Notes: generated by a model from the sequence alone, not told the origin. A DNA stretch of 64,000 nt from Eledone cirrhosa (GCA_964016885.1 OZ024743.1:227912001-227976000); one strand, 5' to 3'; positions 1-13,586 are shown, counted from the stretch's first letter. Translations and numbers: made by a program.

Positions 1-260
1 CAGCTGGATGCCCTTCCTAACACCAACCTCATTTACAGTGAGTGCTGGGTGCTTTTTTTGCTGTGGCATCTCCACGACCACTTTGCAGTGGAATGATAGT
101 GACCCCAGTCCCTATCATCTCATTTCTACAGCTGAGTAAACTGGAGCAATGCGAAATAAAGTGTCTTGCTCAAGGAAACAACACATCACCCGGTCTGAGA
201 ATTGAACTCACAACCTTTCCATTGCAAGGCTAATGCTCTAACCACTAAGCCATGTGCCTC
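1..260 (-). mobile_element. tRNA-derived SINE family A (RTE-like tail), cut by window start
   Basis: Minus strand reads A-box TGGCTTAGTGG and B-box GAGTTCAATTC, then a CCTTGAGCAAGACAC body. The tail segment CACTCACTGTAAATGAGGTTGGTGTTAGGAAGGGCATCCAGCTG is shared with the RTE-A 3' UTR. Near-identical to 57281-57612. Confidence 0.9.
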
Positions 261-344
261 ACTACTTTTATTAATGATATTTTAAAAAAGCAAGATGTTT
301 CCCATCAAACCATCAGCAAATAACAACAACAACAAAAACAACAA

Positions 345-555
345 TAATAATTATTTCTACTTTTGGCACAAGGCCAGCAATTACCCAGTACATTACTGGT
401 ACTTTATTTTATCGACCCCATAAGGATGAAAGGCAAAGTTAACCTCAGCGGATTTGAACTCAGAACACAAAGAGCCATAACTCTATGCTGCAAAGCATGG
501 CATCAGACCCTCTACCAGTAATAATGGTTTCTTATATAGGCACAAGGCCAGCAAT

Positions 556-587
<32 letters not shown>

Positions 588-1140
588 GGAGTCAATTAAA
601 TTGACCCCAGTGTATGATTGGTACTTTATTGACCCTGTAAGGATGAAAAGCAAAGCTAGCGTCAGCAAGATTTGAACTCAGAACATAAAGGGCCATAACT
701 CTATGTTACGAAGTATGGTGTCTGAGACTCTACCGATACTACCAATCCACCTCCCAATAATAATAATTGTTTCTACTTTAGGCACAAGGCCAGCAAATAC
801 CCAGTGCATTACTGGTACTTTATTTTATCGACCCCGTAAGGATGAAAGGCAAAGTCAACCTCGGCAGGTTTTGAACTCAGATCGTAAAGGGACGTAACTA
901 TGCTGGAAAGCATGGCGTCCGACCCTCCACTGATACTGATAATGATTATTATTATTGGTGAATTGGCAGTATAGGTAGAGCATCGGACATGCTTTCCAGC
1001 ATAGTTACGTCCCTTTACGGTCTGAGTTCAAATCCCGCCAAGGTTAACTTTGCCTTTCATCTTTACGGGGTCGATAAAATAAAGTACCAGTAATGTACTG
1101 GGTAATTGCTGGCCTTGTCCCAAAAGTAGAAACAATTATT
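345..1140. mobile_element. Cluster of four SINE family B (Deu/Nin-like) copies: three tandem on minus (~345-520, ~520-745, ~760-940), one on plus (~956-1140)
   Basis: Each carries CTGAGTTCAAAT...TTTGCCTTTCATCCTTACGGGGTCGATAAAATAAAGTACCAG (Deu/Nin-domain-like) and the GCTGGCCTTGTGCC...AGAAAC(AAT)n tail. Confidence 0.88.
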
Positions 1141-1346
1141 ATAATGGTTTCCAATTTAGGTACAAGGTCAGCAATTTGAAGGGAGAGTTTATTACCAACA
1201 ACGTTTTATAAAGTCCTTAAGTTGGTGTTGGTGCAGGAAACCTAATCAACTAAGTGGAGTATAGACATGAATGATAAATGCCTAGAGGTTTGGTTACAGA
1301 TTAAGTTACAAGGGAAATATAAATAAGAGAGGGCAATTGAGTGTTT

Positions 1347-1595
1347 TAACCCTTTTTAATATCAAACAGCCTGAAACCACCTGGCTCTGATACAAAGCTG
1401 TTTTATTTAAAGAGTTTATTATATTCATCTGAGAAACTTCCAAGATTATTTTCTGTAAGAAGCTTTGTTATGTTCCAAATACCAACCTAATAGCAAGTTG
1501 GTAATATTACTAAATCCCACCAACTTCTTGATTATTTTGCAAATGATTTGAAAATCATAGACAGTATTTATCATGAGAAATATGCTAACAAAATG
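1347..1595 (+). mobile_element. Degenerate piggyBac-like MITE
   Basis: Starts TTAACCCTTTT; internal similarity (ATCAAACAGCCTGAAAC, TTCTTGATTATTTT) to copies at 12867, 39651 and 48985. Confidence 0.55.
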
Positions 1596-3399
1596 TAGAG
1601 GTGGCATAGAGGTGTTAAGTGGCAAGTTCACTAGAGAGAAGCAAAAAGATTGATGTGCTTTTATGGCAGGTCAGCAATTGGAGAGTGTTATTTTAATCAA
1701 CGTGGTCTGAATGCTAGTCTGTAATTTGTGACTGCATATGTATGTTCATGTATGTGTGGTCAGTTGGTTAATTGGTTCGAGTGAAAGCAGTAATTTTCTA
1801 ATGCGGGTGCTTATATTTGTATTTTTCATTGAGTTAGCAGCTGTTTTGGTGCAGAGAGTGATGGGTAAGACCAATAAACTCTGCCATGCTAACTATCATT
1901 CAATAGAGTTATATCCTGCAAAGACTGTTCAATAGGGAGATGTAGAATTCACACCTGCTACTCATGGTTACTTTGGTGCTTGTGTTTCTATTGGTTTCTC
2001 TGCTAAAACCCTTCATCTAGAAATATTCCATTGTAGTTATTAGAAAAAGCACGAAACCTTACAAACTGTACTGTACAGAGTAGCAAAAAAACCATCTGCT
2101 TTGCTTCTTCAGAAGGCTAAAGAGCAACTTTAATCTTTCCTTCCAAATAAGACCCAGCAGAGCATAAAGATGAAAAGGCGAAAATCTGTTTGTGTGTATT
2201 CATATATACATGCATGCATATATGTGTGTATGTATGAATCCTAGCATGTATGTGTGTGTGAATATGCACCTGAATATATATGATCCTAGTAATGATCTTT
2301 GCATACAACAGTGAACCTATTTCACCACTTCATTTTGCACAATCTATAAGGTGAAAAAGGGTTATTTTGATTTGGTATTGACTACAAATCCTACTAAATT
2401 CCAAGACCTTATTCATTCATAAAAAGCTGTCTTTTAGAGATAGGTTACTAGAGACTTCAACAGAAATGAAATGCAGTTATAAGATAAAGGAGAATTATAG
2501 AAACATGTTCAAATATTTATTATTCAATCATATCATATCAAATATTTATTACGTTTATCAATAAACATTTTGAAAATATTTTATTAAGTTTATCACTAGA
2601 TAAATATTTAAATACAAACGAATGCATACATATATATATACATATATATTTACATATATATATAGATAGACATATATATATATATACAATAATCTTCTGA
2701 TGATATAACAAATATTTATCAAGTTTCTTAGCAGATTAATTTTTCCTCCTGTAGTCTATGTCACTCTCTTTCTCCTGTCCTCTCCCTCTCCCTTCAAACA
2801 CACGTGATTTTTAAGAATTCTGATATAATAGGTACACACTATGTTTTTGAATCAAAAGTTTGATTTAACAATGAATCAGCAAAAAAAAAATATATATATA
2901 TATATTTCTTTTTTTTTTATAGCATTTCTATTAATGAGAACGGACATTGGTAAAAGGTGAACAATGTGAAAAATATATTTTTAGCTACACAAATTCAAAT
3001 TGAACCCACATGCCCATGTTTCAAAGCTCACTTTATGATTTGGTATTGCCTTGCTAATAAAGAGAGAGAAAAAAATAAACAACGCTCTTCCACAGCCATC
3101 TGCCCAACCAACCACCAACCAATACTAGAGCCATTACAAACCACTGATGCCTGGACACATAAAAGAAAATAACAACAACCTAATCCCACAATTCACAGCA
3201 GCTTAACTAAGCCATTAAAGCTCAAATTTATTATTGCATCAGCTTTGAAGTTTACGAAACAATGGCCTTGTCCCTTTAACCAAAAATAGCATAAAAAGGT
3301 TTGCTAAACACTAAATTTTGCACCTTAATTATGATCAGCAAGCAATAATTTTGTTGCTCAGAATTTCACTATTTTATTCATTTTTTACTCTTTGATTAT

Positions 3400-3539
3400 A
3401 TGTGTGTGTGTGTGTGTGTGTTTGTGTGTGTGTATGTATGTATGTATGTATGTATGTACATATATATGTAAGTTTTACGTCTGCTTTTCCCTGCTTGCAA
3501 GTATATTTCTATATATGCTACAGTTAAACAATGATGATG

Positions 3540-3579
<40 letters not shown>

Positions 3580-3672
3580 GTATGTATATGTATATATGTA
3601 TATATAAAAGAATATATATATATATATCAGGAACATCATTTACTGTCTATTTTCTCTGCAAGCAAGTGTGTG

Positions 3673-3748
<76 letters not shown>

Positions 3749-3823
3749 TATATACATATATGTATATATACATACATATATGTATATATACATATATACA
3801 TATACATATATATATATATATAT

Positions 3824-3868
<45 letters not shown>

Positions 3869-3948
3869 TACATATACATATATATATATATACATATATA
3901 CATATACAGATATATATATATATGTACATATATATATATATGTACATA

Positions 3949-4001
<53 letters not shown>

Positions 4002-4005
4002 TATA
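3400..4005. repeat. Compound (TG)/(TATG)/(TA) microsatellite tract
   Basis: Direct reading; source of spurious YIYI ORFs. Confidence 0.95.
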
Positions 4006-4215
4006 TCATCATCATCATCATTATCATCGTTTAACGTCCGTGTTCCACGCTTGCATGGGTTTGGACGGGAGTTTTCCCACTTGAGGCAAGAGTGATTTTC
4101 TTGCTCGCATAGGACTGTCTGGCGGGTTTTCTACAGCTGGATGCCCTTCCTAACACCAACCACATTTACAGTGTGGGGCTGGGAGGTTTTTACTGTGTTG
4201 CCTACACGGCCACAT

Positions 4216-4217
<2 letters not shown>
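4006..4217 (-). mobile_element. RTE-B LINE 3' terminal fragment (~210 bp)
   Basis: Matches the 3' end of 24327-27478; (CAT)n tail on plus strand; both ends in (TA)n. Confidence 0.9.
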
Positions 4218-4275
<58 letters not shown>

Positions 4276-4306
4276 CATATATATATACATATATATATAT
4301 ATATGC

Positions 4307-4338
<32 letters not shown>

Positions 4339-4341
4339 ATA

Positions 4342-4386
<45 letters not shown>

Positions 4387-4438
4387 TATATACATGGACA
4401 ATAGTAATATACACACACATATATATGTACATATATAC

Positions 4439-5121
4439 ATGTGTAATAGTAATATACGTGAACGGCAAAGCATAAATGAACTAAGTGAGAAATTAGGAAT
4501 AAGAGGGATCAGATGCTGTTTACTTGAGAGAAGACTACGTTGGTATGGTCCAGTGATGCGCATGAAAGACGACAGCTGCATAAAAAAGTACAGGGCAATC
4601 AAAATTGATGGAAGTTACGGAGTAGGTAGACCCAGAAAAACCTGGGATGATCTGATAAATTCCGACCTCAAACACTTACATCTCTCAAAGACAATGTCTC
4701 TGGACCGAGATCTTTGGCCCTACGCAGTAATACAGAAGACCCGCCTTGCGTATGTACAAAACGAAACCTACAGTCAGTAGGCATCTCTTAACCAAATATA
4801 CACCCCAATCCACTACCCCTACCCTATCCTCCCACCAACAGCACGAGAAAATGAAATCGAGATCGTGAAGGTGTCACAACCAAAAAAAACACACACAGTC
4901 CATGCTGTAATGTGGCCGTGTATGTAACACGGTAAAAAGTTCCCAGTTCCACACTGTAAATGTGGTTGGTGCTAGGAAGGGCATCCAGCCGTAGAAAATC
5001 TGCCAGATAGTCCTATATGAGCGAGACATGGTCACCTGACCAGCCTTACCTCAAGTGGGACAACTCCTGTCTAACCCATGCTAGCGTGGAAAATGGACAT
5101 TAAACGAAGATGATGATGATG

Positions 5122-5123
<2 letters not shown>
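4439..5123 (+). mobile_element. RTE LINE (B-like) 5'-truncated copy: ORF C-terminus plus 3' UTR
   Basis: ORF 4394-4780 encodes [11 protein letters not shown]...GRPRKTW, typical of RTE C-termini; ends in (GAT)n. Confidence 0.92.
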
Positions 5124-5207
<84 letters not shown>

Positions 5208-5245
5208 ACATATATATGTATACATATATATACATACATACATAT

Positions 5246-7869
5246 AGTCACTGCTACAAATTTTTCTGGGTAGGAAATGATGATGGGATGGGTGGTGTAG
5301 GTATCCTACTAGCTGACAAGTGGGTAGATAAGGTAATCTCAGTGAACAGGGTGAATTCAAGAATCATTAAACTCAGGCTAGTCCTGAATAAAACAATTAC
5401 CACAATAATATCAGCTTACGCACCCCAATCGGGGTTGCCAGACGAACTTGAGGATAGGTTTTGCGAGTCCCTAATGCACACTACTGCTCTAACAAACAAC
5501 AATGACTTCCTAATCATTGCAGGAGATTTTAACGGACACGTAGGTAAACACCGTGACAGCTTCTATAGAGTCGATGGAGGCCATGGGGTTGGCACAAGAA
5601 ATGAGAAGGATTCAGGCTTCTAGAATTCTGCTACGCCAATGACATGACGATATGTAACTGAAATTTCAAAATCCTCATCAGAGGACGTGACAGATGGACG
5701 GTCGTAAACACAAAAGCCTTCCCTAGTGAGGAATATACCTCCCAACATAGTTTAGTTGTCAGCGACATCAAGGTCAGAACTAGACGAACCTGGAAACAGA
5801 AGCCAACCTGGAGAAGAAAGATCTGGAAGCTGAAAGACTCCTCAGCCAGTAACAGATTTAAAGATATTTTACTCAACGCCTATGACAGTAAAGAAGAACA
5901 GATAGAGATATTCAATGTAGAAGAGAACTGGGAGTTCCTAAAAAATAACTTACTAAAGCTGACGGATGAGATCTGTGGCTGGAGTAAGACCACAGCAGGA
6001 GGAGAGTGACTTGGTGGTGGAACAATAAGGTAGATGAGACAGTTAAGGCCAAGAGACAGTCATGGAAAGAATGGAAGAACAGGGGAAACAGGGTACATTA
6101 CATAGAGACCAGGAGGGAAACTAGGCAACAAGTATACTTAGCTAGGTGGGAAACAGAGGATAGAAAATTCAAGCATGTTTTGCAACGTGAGGACCAGAAA
6201 CAGGAGGTGTTCAAGATTTCAAGGCAGTGTGTCAGAGAGAATTGTGATGTCATTGGAGAGAAGTGTATTCGGAATGATAAAGGTGAGCTTGCCCTCACAA
6301 GTGCTGAGAAGAAAGATGTGTGGAAGAGCCATTATGATGGATTACTAAATGAGGAGAATGCATGGGAAGAAGAGACCCTACCCCAAGTAGAACCTATAGG
6401 AGGGCCAGCAGTACAAGTCAGCAGCAGCGTAGTAAGTAAGGCAATCAAAGATATGAAGACAGGGAAGGCAACCTGCTCATCGGGTATAGCTGCCGAGATG
6501 CTGAAGGCATCTGAGTCGTAACACAGTTATCTGAGTTATAACACAGTTGATTAGGGACCAGGTGAAACTAGATGAGATGCAATTTGGGTTTGTGCCAGGA
6601 AGAGGCACCACTGATGCCCTCTTCCTTGTGAGGCAGTTACAGGAAAAGTACCTAGCTAAAAGTAAGTCACTCTACCTGGCATTCGTTGATCTCGAGAAAG
6701 CCTTTGACAGAGTTCCCCGTGTTATAATATGGTGGGCTCTTAGAAAACTAGGAGGAGATGGCTTGTGAAAGCTGTACAAGCCATGTATAGTGGAGCAGTC
6801 AGCAAAGTTAGGATTAGCAATGAGTATAGTGAGAAATCTAGCGTACAGGTCGGTGTCCACCAGGGCTCTGTTCTTAGCCCTCTCCTGTTCATCATAGTCC
6901 TGCAGGCAATAACGGAGGAAACAAGTACCACCAATCTCTGAGAGAGCTCTGTAGAAACAGTAGACAGCTTCTGCTACCTAGGTGACCGAATTGGAAGCGG
7001 AGGTGGGTGTTCAGAACGTACAATAACTAGGGTAAGAATGGGATGGAAGAAGTTCAGGGAGCTACTACAACTGCTAGCTGCAAAAGGCTTCTCTCTCAAA
7101 ATGAAAGGCAGACTGTATGATGCGTGTATATGAACAGCAATGTTACATGGTAGTGAGACCTGGGCTCTGTCTGTGGAAGACATGCGTAGATTAGAAAGAA
7201 ACAAAGCCTGCATGCTCCGATGGATGTGTAATACTAATATACGCGAACAGCAAAGCATAAATGAATTGAGAGAGAGATTGAACATAAGAGGAATCAAATG
7301 CTGTGTGCAGGAGAGGCGGTTGCGTTGGTATGGACCTGTGATGCGTATGAAGGATGACAGCTGCATAAAAAGGTGCAGAGCAGTAAAAGTCGATGGAAAC
7401 CGTGGTGTGGGGAGACCCAAGAAGACCTTGTATGAGGTGATAAAAGCTGACCTTACCCAATTACACCTCTCAAAGGTCGTGACCGCTGGTGTTACATGAC
7501 CGTGACCTCTGGCGTCATGCAGTAATAAGGAAGACCAGACCCCCACGGGTACAAGCCGAAGCTGAAGCATATTGACAATATGCACCCACACCCTCCCACT
7601 GTAAAGTGATCATGGAGGTGCCACGGCAAAAAAGCACCCAGCCCACACTGTAAAATGGGCGTGTAGGTGCCACGGAAAAAAAGTACCCAGCACTCACTAT
7701 AAATGAGGTTGGTGTTAGGAAGGGCATCCAGCTGTAGAAATCAAGCCAAAATCAGTTCCCGTATGAGCAAGACAAGGTCAGCCGACCAGACACTTCTCAC
7801 AACAGGACAACCCGTCTAACCCATGCTAGCGTGGAAGAACGGACATAAAACGGTGATGTTGATGATGAT
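5246..7869 (+). mobile_element. RTE-A LINE, decayed with internal deletions (APE endonuclease, RT, C-terminus)
   Basis: ORFs 5216-5623 (GVGILL, SAYAPQ, AGDFNGHVG = APE endonuclease), 6006-6521 (TWWWN), 6547-6768 ([13 protein letters not shown]) and 7140-7499. Stops, frameshifts and a deletion near 6918; (GAT)n tail. Confidence 0.95.
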
Positions 7870-7876
7870 ATATATA

Positions 7877-8120
7877 TGTATAAGCAGTAGGGACATTCAA
7901 TTTGTTGGTAATTCAACAAATATAAATGTTTATAACTGATTCAGAGCACTATCCAAGGATAACTTGAACCCTTAACGTATATTCTCCTTGGTTATGTCAA
8001 AATTTATAGAACACACTTCGTATTTTATCTGATGATAGCATACCAAAATTTTGGTACCCTTGAAATATATATAATAAATTAAATATGGTTTTATAAATAT
8101 AGTTTCCATTTATTTAATAT

Positions 8121-8124
<4 letters not shown>
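7877..8124 (+). mobile_element. Short HHR-bearing element, family H1 (PLE pLTR-like)
   Basis: (TA)n-flanked; homologous to 18781-18955 and 30107-30434; contains a hammerhead motif at 8024-8078. Confidence 0.7.
8024..8078 (+). ncRNA. Minimal type I hammerhead ribozyme motif (H1)
   Basis: TTTAT-CTGATGA-stem II (imperfect base)-GAA-ATATATAT-A-ATAAA: stem I TTTAT/ATAAA, palindromic stem III, AUA site. Confidence 0.6.
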
Positions 8125-8167
<43 letters not shown>

Positions 8168-8420
8168 TATATACACACACATATATATATATATGTATAC
8201 ATATATATATACATATATATACATATATATATATATAGATATATACACACACATATATATATGTATACATATATATATACATATATATACATATATATAT
8301 AGATATATACACACACATATATGTATACATATATATATACATATATATATAGATATATACACACACATATATATATGTATACATATATATGTATACATAT
8401 ATATATATACATATATATAC

Positions 8421-8451
<31 letters not shown>

Positions 8452-8592
8452 TATATGTATACATACATATACATACATATATATATATATATAGAGAGAG
8501 AGAGAGGGAGATATACACAGACATATATGTATGTATACAGATATATACACACACACACATATATATATGTATATATATATATATATATATAG
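8125..8592. repeat. (TA)n compound microsatellite with recurring TAGATATATACACACACATATA unit
   Basis: Direct reading; the same unit recurs at 9095-9627. Confidence 0.95.
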
Positions 8593-8751
8593 TATTAAGG
8601 ATACTATTTATGGTTATGTATATACTAAAACTTTTTATAGTTATATATATTTTAAACCCTAAACAGTGAAAGACAGTAATTTATTACTACCTTATTACCA
8701 GTAAGATAAATAGCTCAATGTAATAACATCAGTTGTTCTACAGAGCAGTTA

Positions 8752-9096
8752 TATAGTAATCACATGAATCAAAGTTCTGTTCAAACCATTTATTAGCTTA
8801 CAATTGTTTCGTCCAGACTGCCGATGTTGTATTTTAACTTTAATTTTGTTTTAATTTTCTTTTAATATGATTTTAATTTTAAATGTAAATTGCCATGCTA
8901 AAATATTATAATGGATGTCACCCCACTGTGCATCGATATATACATATGTTACTGTATGTCTCTTGTGTTGGAAAGGAGGTCATGTATGTAAACAATCATT
9001 GAAAAATTGCTCTGAAGACTCCAAACCTCGGTTTGGACGAAACAATTGTAGCTAATAAATGGTTTGAACAGAACTTTGATTCATGTGATTACTATA
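8752..9096 (+). mobile_element. Short HHR-bearing element, family H2, with ~66-bp terminal inverted repeats
   Basis: 8752-8818 is the reverse complement of 9031-9096 (about 2 differences); HHR motif at 9007-9056. Confidence 0.75.
9007..9056 (+). ncRNA. Minimal hammerhead ribozyme motif (H2)
   Basis: GCT-CTGAAGA-C-TCCAAAC(CTCG)GTTTGGA-C-GAA-ACAATTGT-A-GC. Palindromic stem III and GUA site; the inverted arm preserves GTAAGC, which restores stem I (GCT/AGC). Confidence 0.65.
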
Positions 9097-9152
9097 TATA
9101 TATATACACACATATATATATGTATATATTTCTAGATATATACACACACATA

Positions 9153-9226
<74 letters not shown>

Positions 9227-9255
9227 TATATATATGTATATATATATAGATATAT

Positions 9256-9302
<47 letters not shown>

Positions 9303-9313
9303 TATAGATATAT

Positions 9314-9366
<53 letters not shown>

Positions 9367-9506
9367 TATATACATATATATATATACATATATATACATA
9401 TATATGTATATATATATATATATATACATATATATGTATATATATGTATACATATATGTATATATACATATATATATATGTATATATATATGTATACATA
9501 TATACG

Positions 9507-9541
<35 letters not shown>

Positions 9542-9544
9542 GTG

Positions 9545-9606
<62 letters not shown>

Positions 9607-9627
9607 TATATCTATATTATATATATA

Positions 9628-11421
9628 CCATTGTCAACTGCTACAAAGGTAAAGGAGATGCACTTGATAGAGGAAACTATAGAAGTATAAAGCTGATGGA
9701 CCAGGTCATGAAAGTAACAGAAAGAGTTATAGCACTGTTGATTAGGGACCAGGTGAAACTAGATGAGATGCAATTTGGGTTTGTACTAGGAAGAGGCACC
9801 ACTGATGCCCTCTTCCTTGTGAGGCAGTTACAGGAAAAGTACCTAGCTAAAAGTAAGCCACTCTACCTGGCACTCGTCCATCTCGAGAAAGCCTTTGACA
9901 GAGTTCCACGTGCTGTAATCTGGTGGGCTCTTAGAAAACTAGGAGTAGATGAATGGCTTGTGAAAGTTGTACAAGCCATGTATAGGGGAACAGTCAGCAA
10001 AGTTAGGATTAGCAATGAGTATAGCGAGGAATTTAGCGTACAGGTTGGGGTCCACCAGGGCTCTGTTCTTAGCCCTCTCCTGTTCATCATAGTCCTGCAG
10101 GCAATAACAGAGGAGTTTAAGACCGGATGCCTATGGGAATTCCTGTATGCAGATGACCTTGCACTTATAGCTGAATCTATGGTAGAACTAGAGAAGAAAT
10201 TCTAAACTTGGAAGCAGGGACTAGAAAGAAAGGGTCTCAAAGTCAACATGACAAAGACTAAGGTCCTTATAAGTAGACAAGAAAACAGAACCCAGATCCC
10301 CTCAGGGAAATGGCCTTGCTCGGTATGTAGGAAAGGTGTAGGTAGGAACTCCATTCTCTGCCCCAAATGCAAACAATGGGTACACAAGAGATGTAGCAGG
10401 ATCTCAGGAAGCTTAATTAAGAATGTAGGCTTCACATGCAGCAGCTGTACTGGGAGAGCAAGCAGCAAACAGCCACAGGAAACAAGTACCACCAATCTCT
10501 GGGAGGGCTCTGTAGAGACAGTAGACAGCTTCTGCTACCTAGGTGACCGAATTAGCAGCGGAGGTGGGTGTTCAGAAAGTACAATAACTAGGGTAAGAAC
10601 GGGATGGAAGAAGTTCAGGGAACTACTACCACTGCTAGCTGCAAAAGGCTTCTCCCTCAAAATGAAAGGCAGACTGTATGATGCGTGTATCCGAACAGCA
10701 ATGTTACATGGTAGTGAGACCTGGGCGCTGAAGGTGGAAGACTTAAGAAGATTAGAGAGAAACGAAGCCTGCATGCTCCGATGGATGTGTAATAGTAATA
10801 TACGCGAACGACAAAGCATAAATGAATTGAGAGAGAGACTGAGCATAAGAGGAATCAAATGCTGTGTGCAGGAGAGGCGGATGCATTGGTATGGACATGT
10901 GTTGCGTATGAAGGATGACAGCTGTATAAAAAGGTGCAGAGCACTAGAAGTCGATGGAAACCGCGGAGTGGGGGACCCAAGATGACCTCGCATGAGGTGA
11001 TAAAAGCCGACCTTACCCAATTACACCTCTCAAAGGCGATGACACACGACCGTGACCTCTGGCGTCACGCAGTAATACAGAGTACCCGACCTCCCATGGG
11101 TACAATCTGAAGCATATAGACAATATGCCCCCACACCCTCCCACTGCAAGGTGGTCGTGTTGGTGCCACGGCAAAAAAGCACCCAGCCCACACTGTAAAG
11201 TGGACGTGTAGGCGCCACGAAAAAGCACCCAGCACTCACTATAAATGAGGTTGGTGTTAGGAAGGGCATCCAGCTGTAGAAATCAAGCCAAATCAGTTCC
11301 TGTATGGGCAAAGCATGGTCAGCCGACCAGACACTGCCCACAACAGGACAACCCGTCTAACGCATGCTAGCGTTGAAGAACGAACGTAAAACGGTGATGA
11401 TGATGATGATGATGATGATGA
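9628..11421 (+). mobile_element. RTE-A LINE, 5'-truncated (RT, Cys/His finger, C-terminus, 3' UTR)
   Basis: [22 protein letters not shown] and LYADD motifs; in-frame stop at 10203; ORF 10248-10985; (GAT)n tail; 5' end abuts (TA)n. Confidence 0.96.
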
Positions 11422-11693
11422 TATATATACATACACTTGCTTGCAGAGAAAATAGACAATAAATGATGTTCCTGATATATATATATATATATATATATAT
11501 ACTTTTATTCTTTTATCAGAAAACCTAATATTTTATAATGTAGCTATTTCCAAATTGAGAGTTCAGGTTTACGATTGTTCCTAACGGTAGCCCAGATTTA
11601 ATACATATTGAAATAGTCATTGCATACACATATATATTCATGTGCATTTCTCTACAAATATCATACCTATGAATATAAATATATGTGCATATA

Positions 11694-11694
<1 letters not shown>

Positions 11695-11747
<53 letters not shown>

Positions 11748-11816
11748 ATATATACACATACATATATATATATTATGTATATATATATATATACACATAC
11801 ATATATATATATTATG

Positions 11817-11850
<34 letters not shown>

Positions 11851-12236
11851 ATATACACATACATATATATTATGTGTATATATATATATATTATATATAT
11901 ATATATATATACACATACATATATATATTATGTGTATATATATATATATATTATATATATATATATATATACACATACATATATGTATATATACATATAT
12001 ATTATATATATACATATATATTATATATATATATATTATATATATACATATATATTATATATATATATATATAATATATATATACATATATATTATATAT
12101 ATATATATATAATATATATATACATATATATTATATATATATATAGATATATTATATATATATACATATATATTATATATATATATATATATTATATATA
12201 TATACATATATATTATATATATATATATATTGTATA

Positions 12237-12280
<44 letters not shown>

Positions 12281-12306
12281 TATATATGTGTATATATATG
12301 TGTATA

Positions 12307-12363
<57 letters not shown>

Positions 12364-12400
12364 TATATATATATACAAATATATTATTTTTTTATATATA
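11695..12400. repeat. (TA)n-rich microsatellite tract
   Basis: Direct reading. Confidence 0.95.
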
Positions 12401-12600
12401 ACATCTAAGGAACTCTAACTAACAGTTTGTTACATAGACCATTTCGGAGATGTAAAAATCAATATTACAGTGGAACCTAACATCAGAAGCCAACATACCT
12501 AAGTGAATTGCTGGTAACCGTAGTAACCATTTCTTTTAATGTAGCAAGAGAGAGGGCTTACTGGCTATACTGATGGCGAAAAAAATACAAATGGGCAAAG

Positions 12601-12602
12601 TA

Positions 12603-12658
<56 letters not shown>
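12601..12658. repeat. (AAT)n microsatellite
   Basis: Direct reading. Confidence 0.95.
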
Positions 12659-12660
<2 letters not shown>

Positions 12661-12866
12661 CAGCAAGAAATGGAAACGCAACTGAAGGAAGGAAGAGGAA
12701 AAACACAAATAATAATAATAATAATAACTGTTTCTACTTTGGGGACAAGACCAGCAATTTGAAGGGTAGTAGTAGTAGTAGTAATTGCTGTAGTTGTAGC
12801 AGCATTAAAATGTAAAACAAAAAACACCCAGTATGTATTTCAAAATATTTAGGAAGAAAAATGGTG

Positions 12867-13104
12867 CTAACCTTTTTGATACAAAACGGCTTGAAATTGT
12901 CCACAAATCTATAATACAGAGCTATTTATTTTATGCCTTCAATCATGATTTTATGCAAGGATCTTTATTTAGTTATCCGCCAAACCTCAGCTCAATAACA
13001 AGAGTGTTAGTCATATTACTAAACCCTTCAAATTCTTGATTATTTTCAAAATTATTTGGAAATGATAGTGTGTTTCATCAAAATTATTGTAATGAAAAGG
13101 TTAA
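12867..13104 (+). mobile_element. piggyBac-like MITE (~235 bp)
   Basis: (C)TAA-CCTTTT ... AAAAGG-TTAA termini, consistent with a TTAA target and CC-starting TIRs; several dispersed homologs in the window. Confidence 0.65.
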
Positions 13105-13477
13105 ATAAAAACTCTCCTGTTTCAAAATTAACACCAACAGAAGAGAAACACTTGAAAGGATTTCTTCTTTCCAATGTCTCTGAACTGCACCCACAAAACT
13201 CCAACCAATTTGGCAAGAATTTTCAGCAAGTTTGGCTCAGTAAAAGAAATTTAATTAGTCGGAACTACAGCCTTAGGTGTTCATGTTGAGCACGAACAAC
13301 GAGCAGGAGCACAAACACGCAAAAGAAGAACCAAACGTTGAGCTACATATATGTGTGTTTGTGAGTGTGTTGTGTATGTGAGCAGTGTGTATGAGCTGTG
13401 TATGTGTATATTGATTGGTTAAATAGATAGATCTAAGAACCAATGTAGCTGGTAGCTACAACTAAATAGATAAACAG

Positions 13478-13516
13478 TTAGATAGGTATGTATGAAGGTA
13501 GTTTGTTCAGAAAGTG

Positions 13517-13586
<70 letters not shown>

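Noticed and set aside
567-589. Poly-G runs as G-quadruplex elements (also ~31820, ~60620, ~60687)
   Set aside because: Simple homopolymers, often inside repeats, with unreliable length; no functional evidence.
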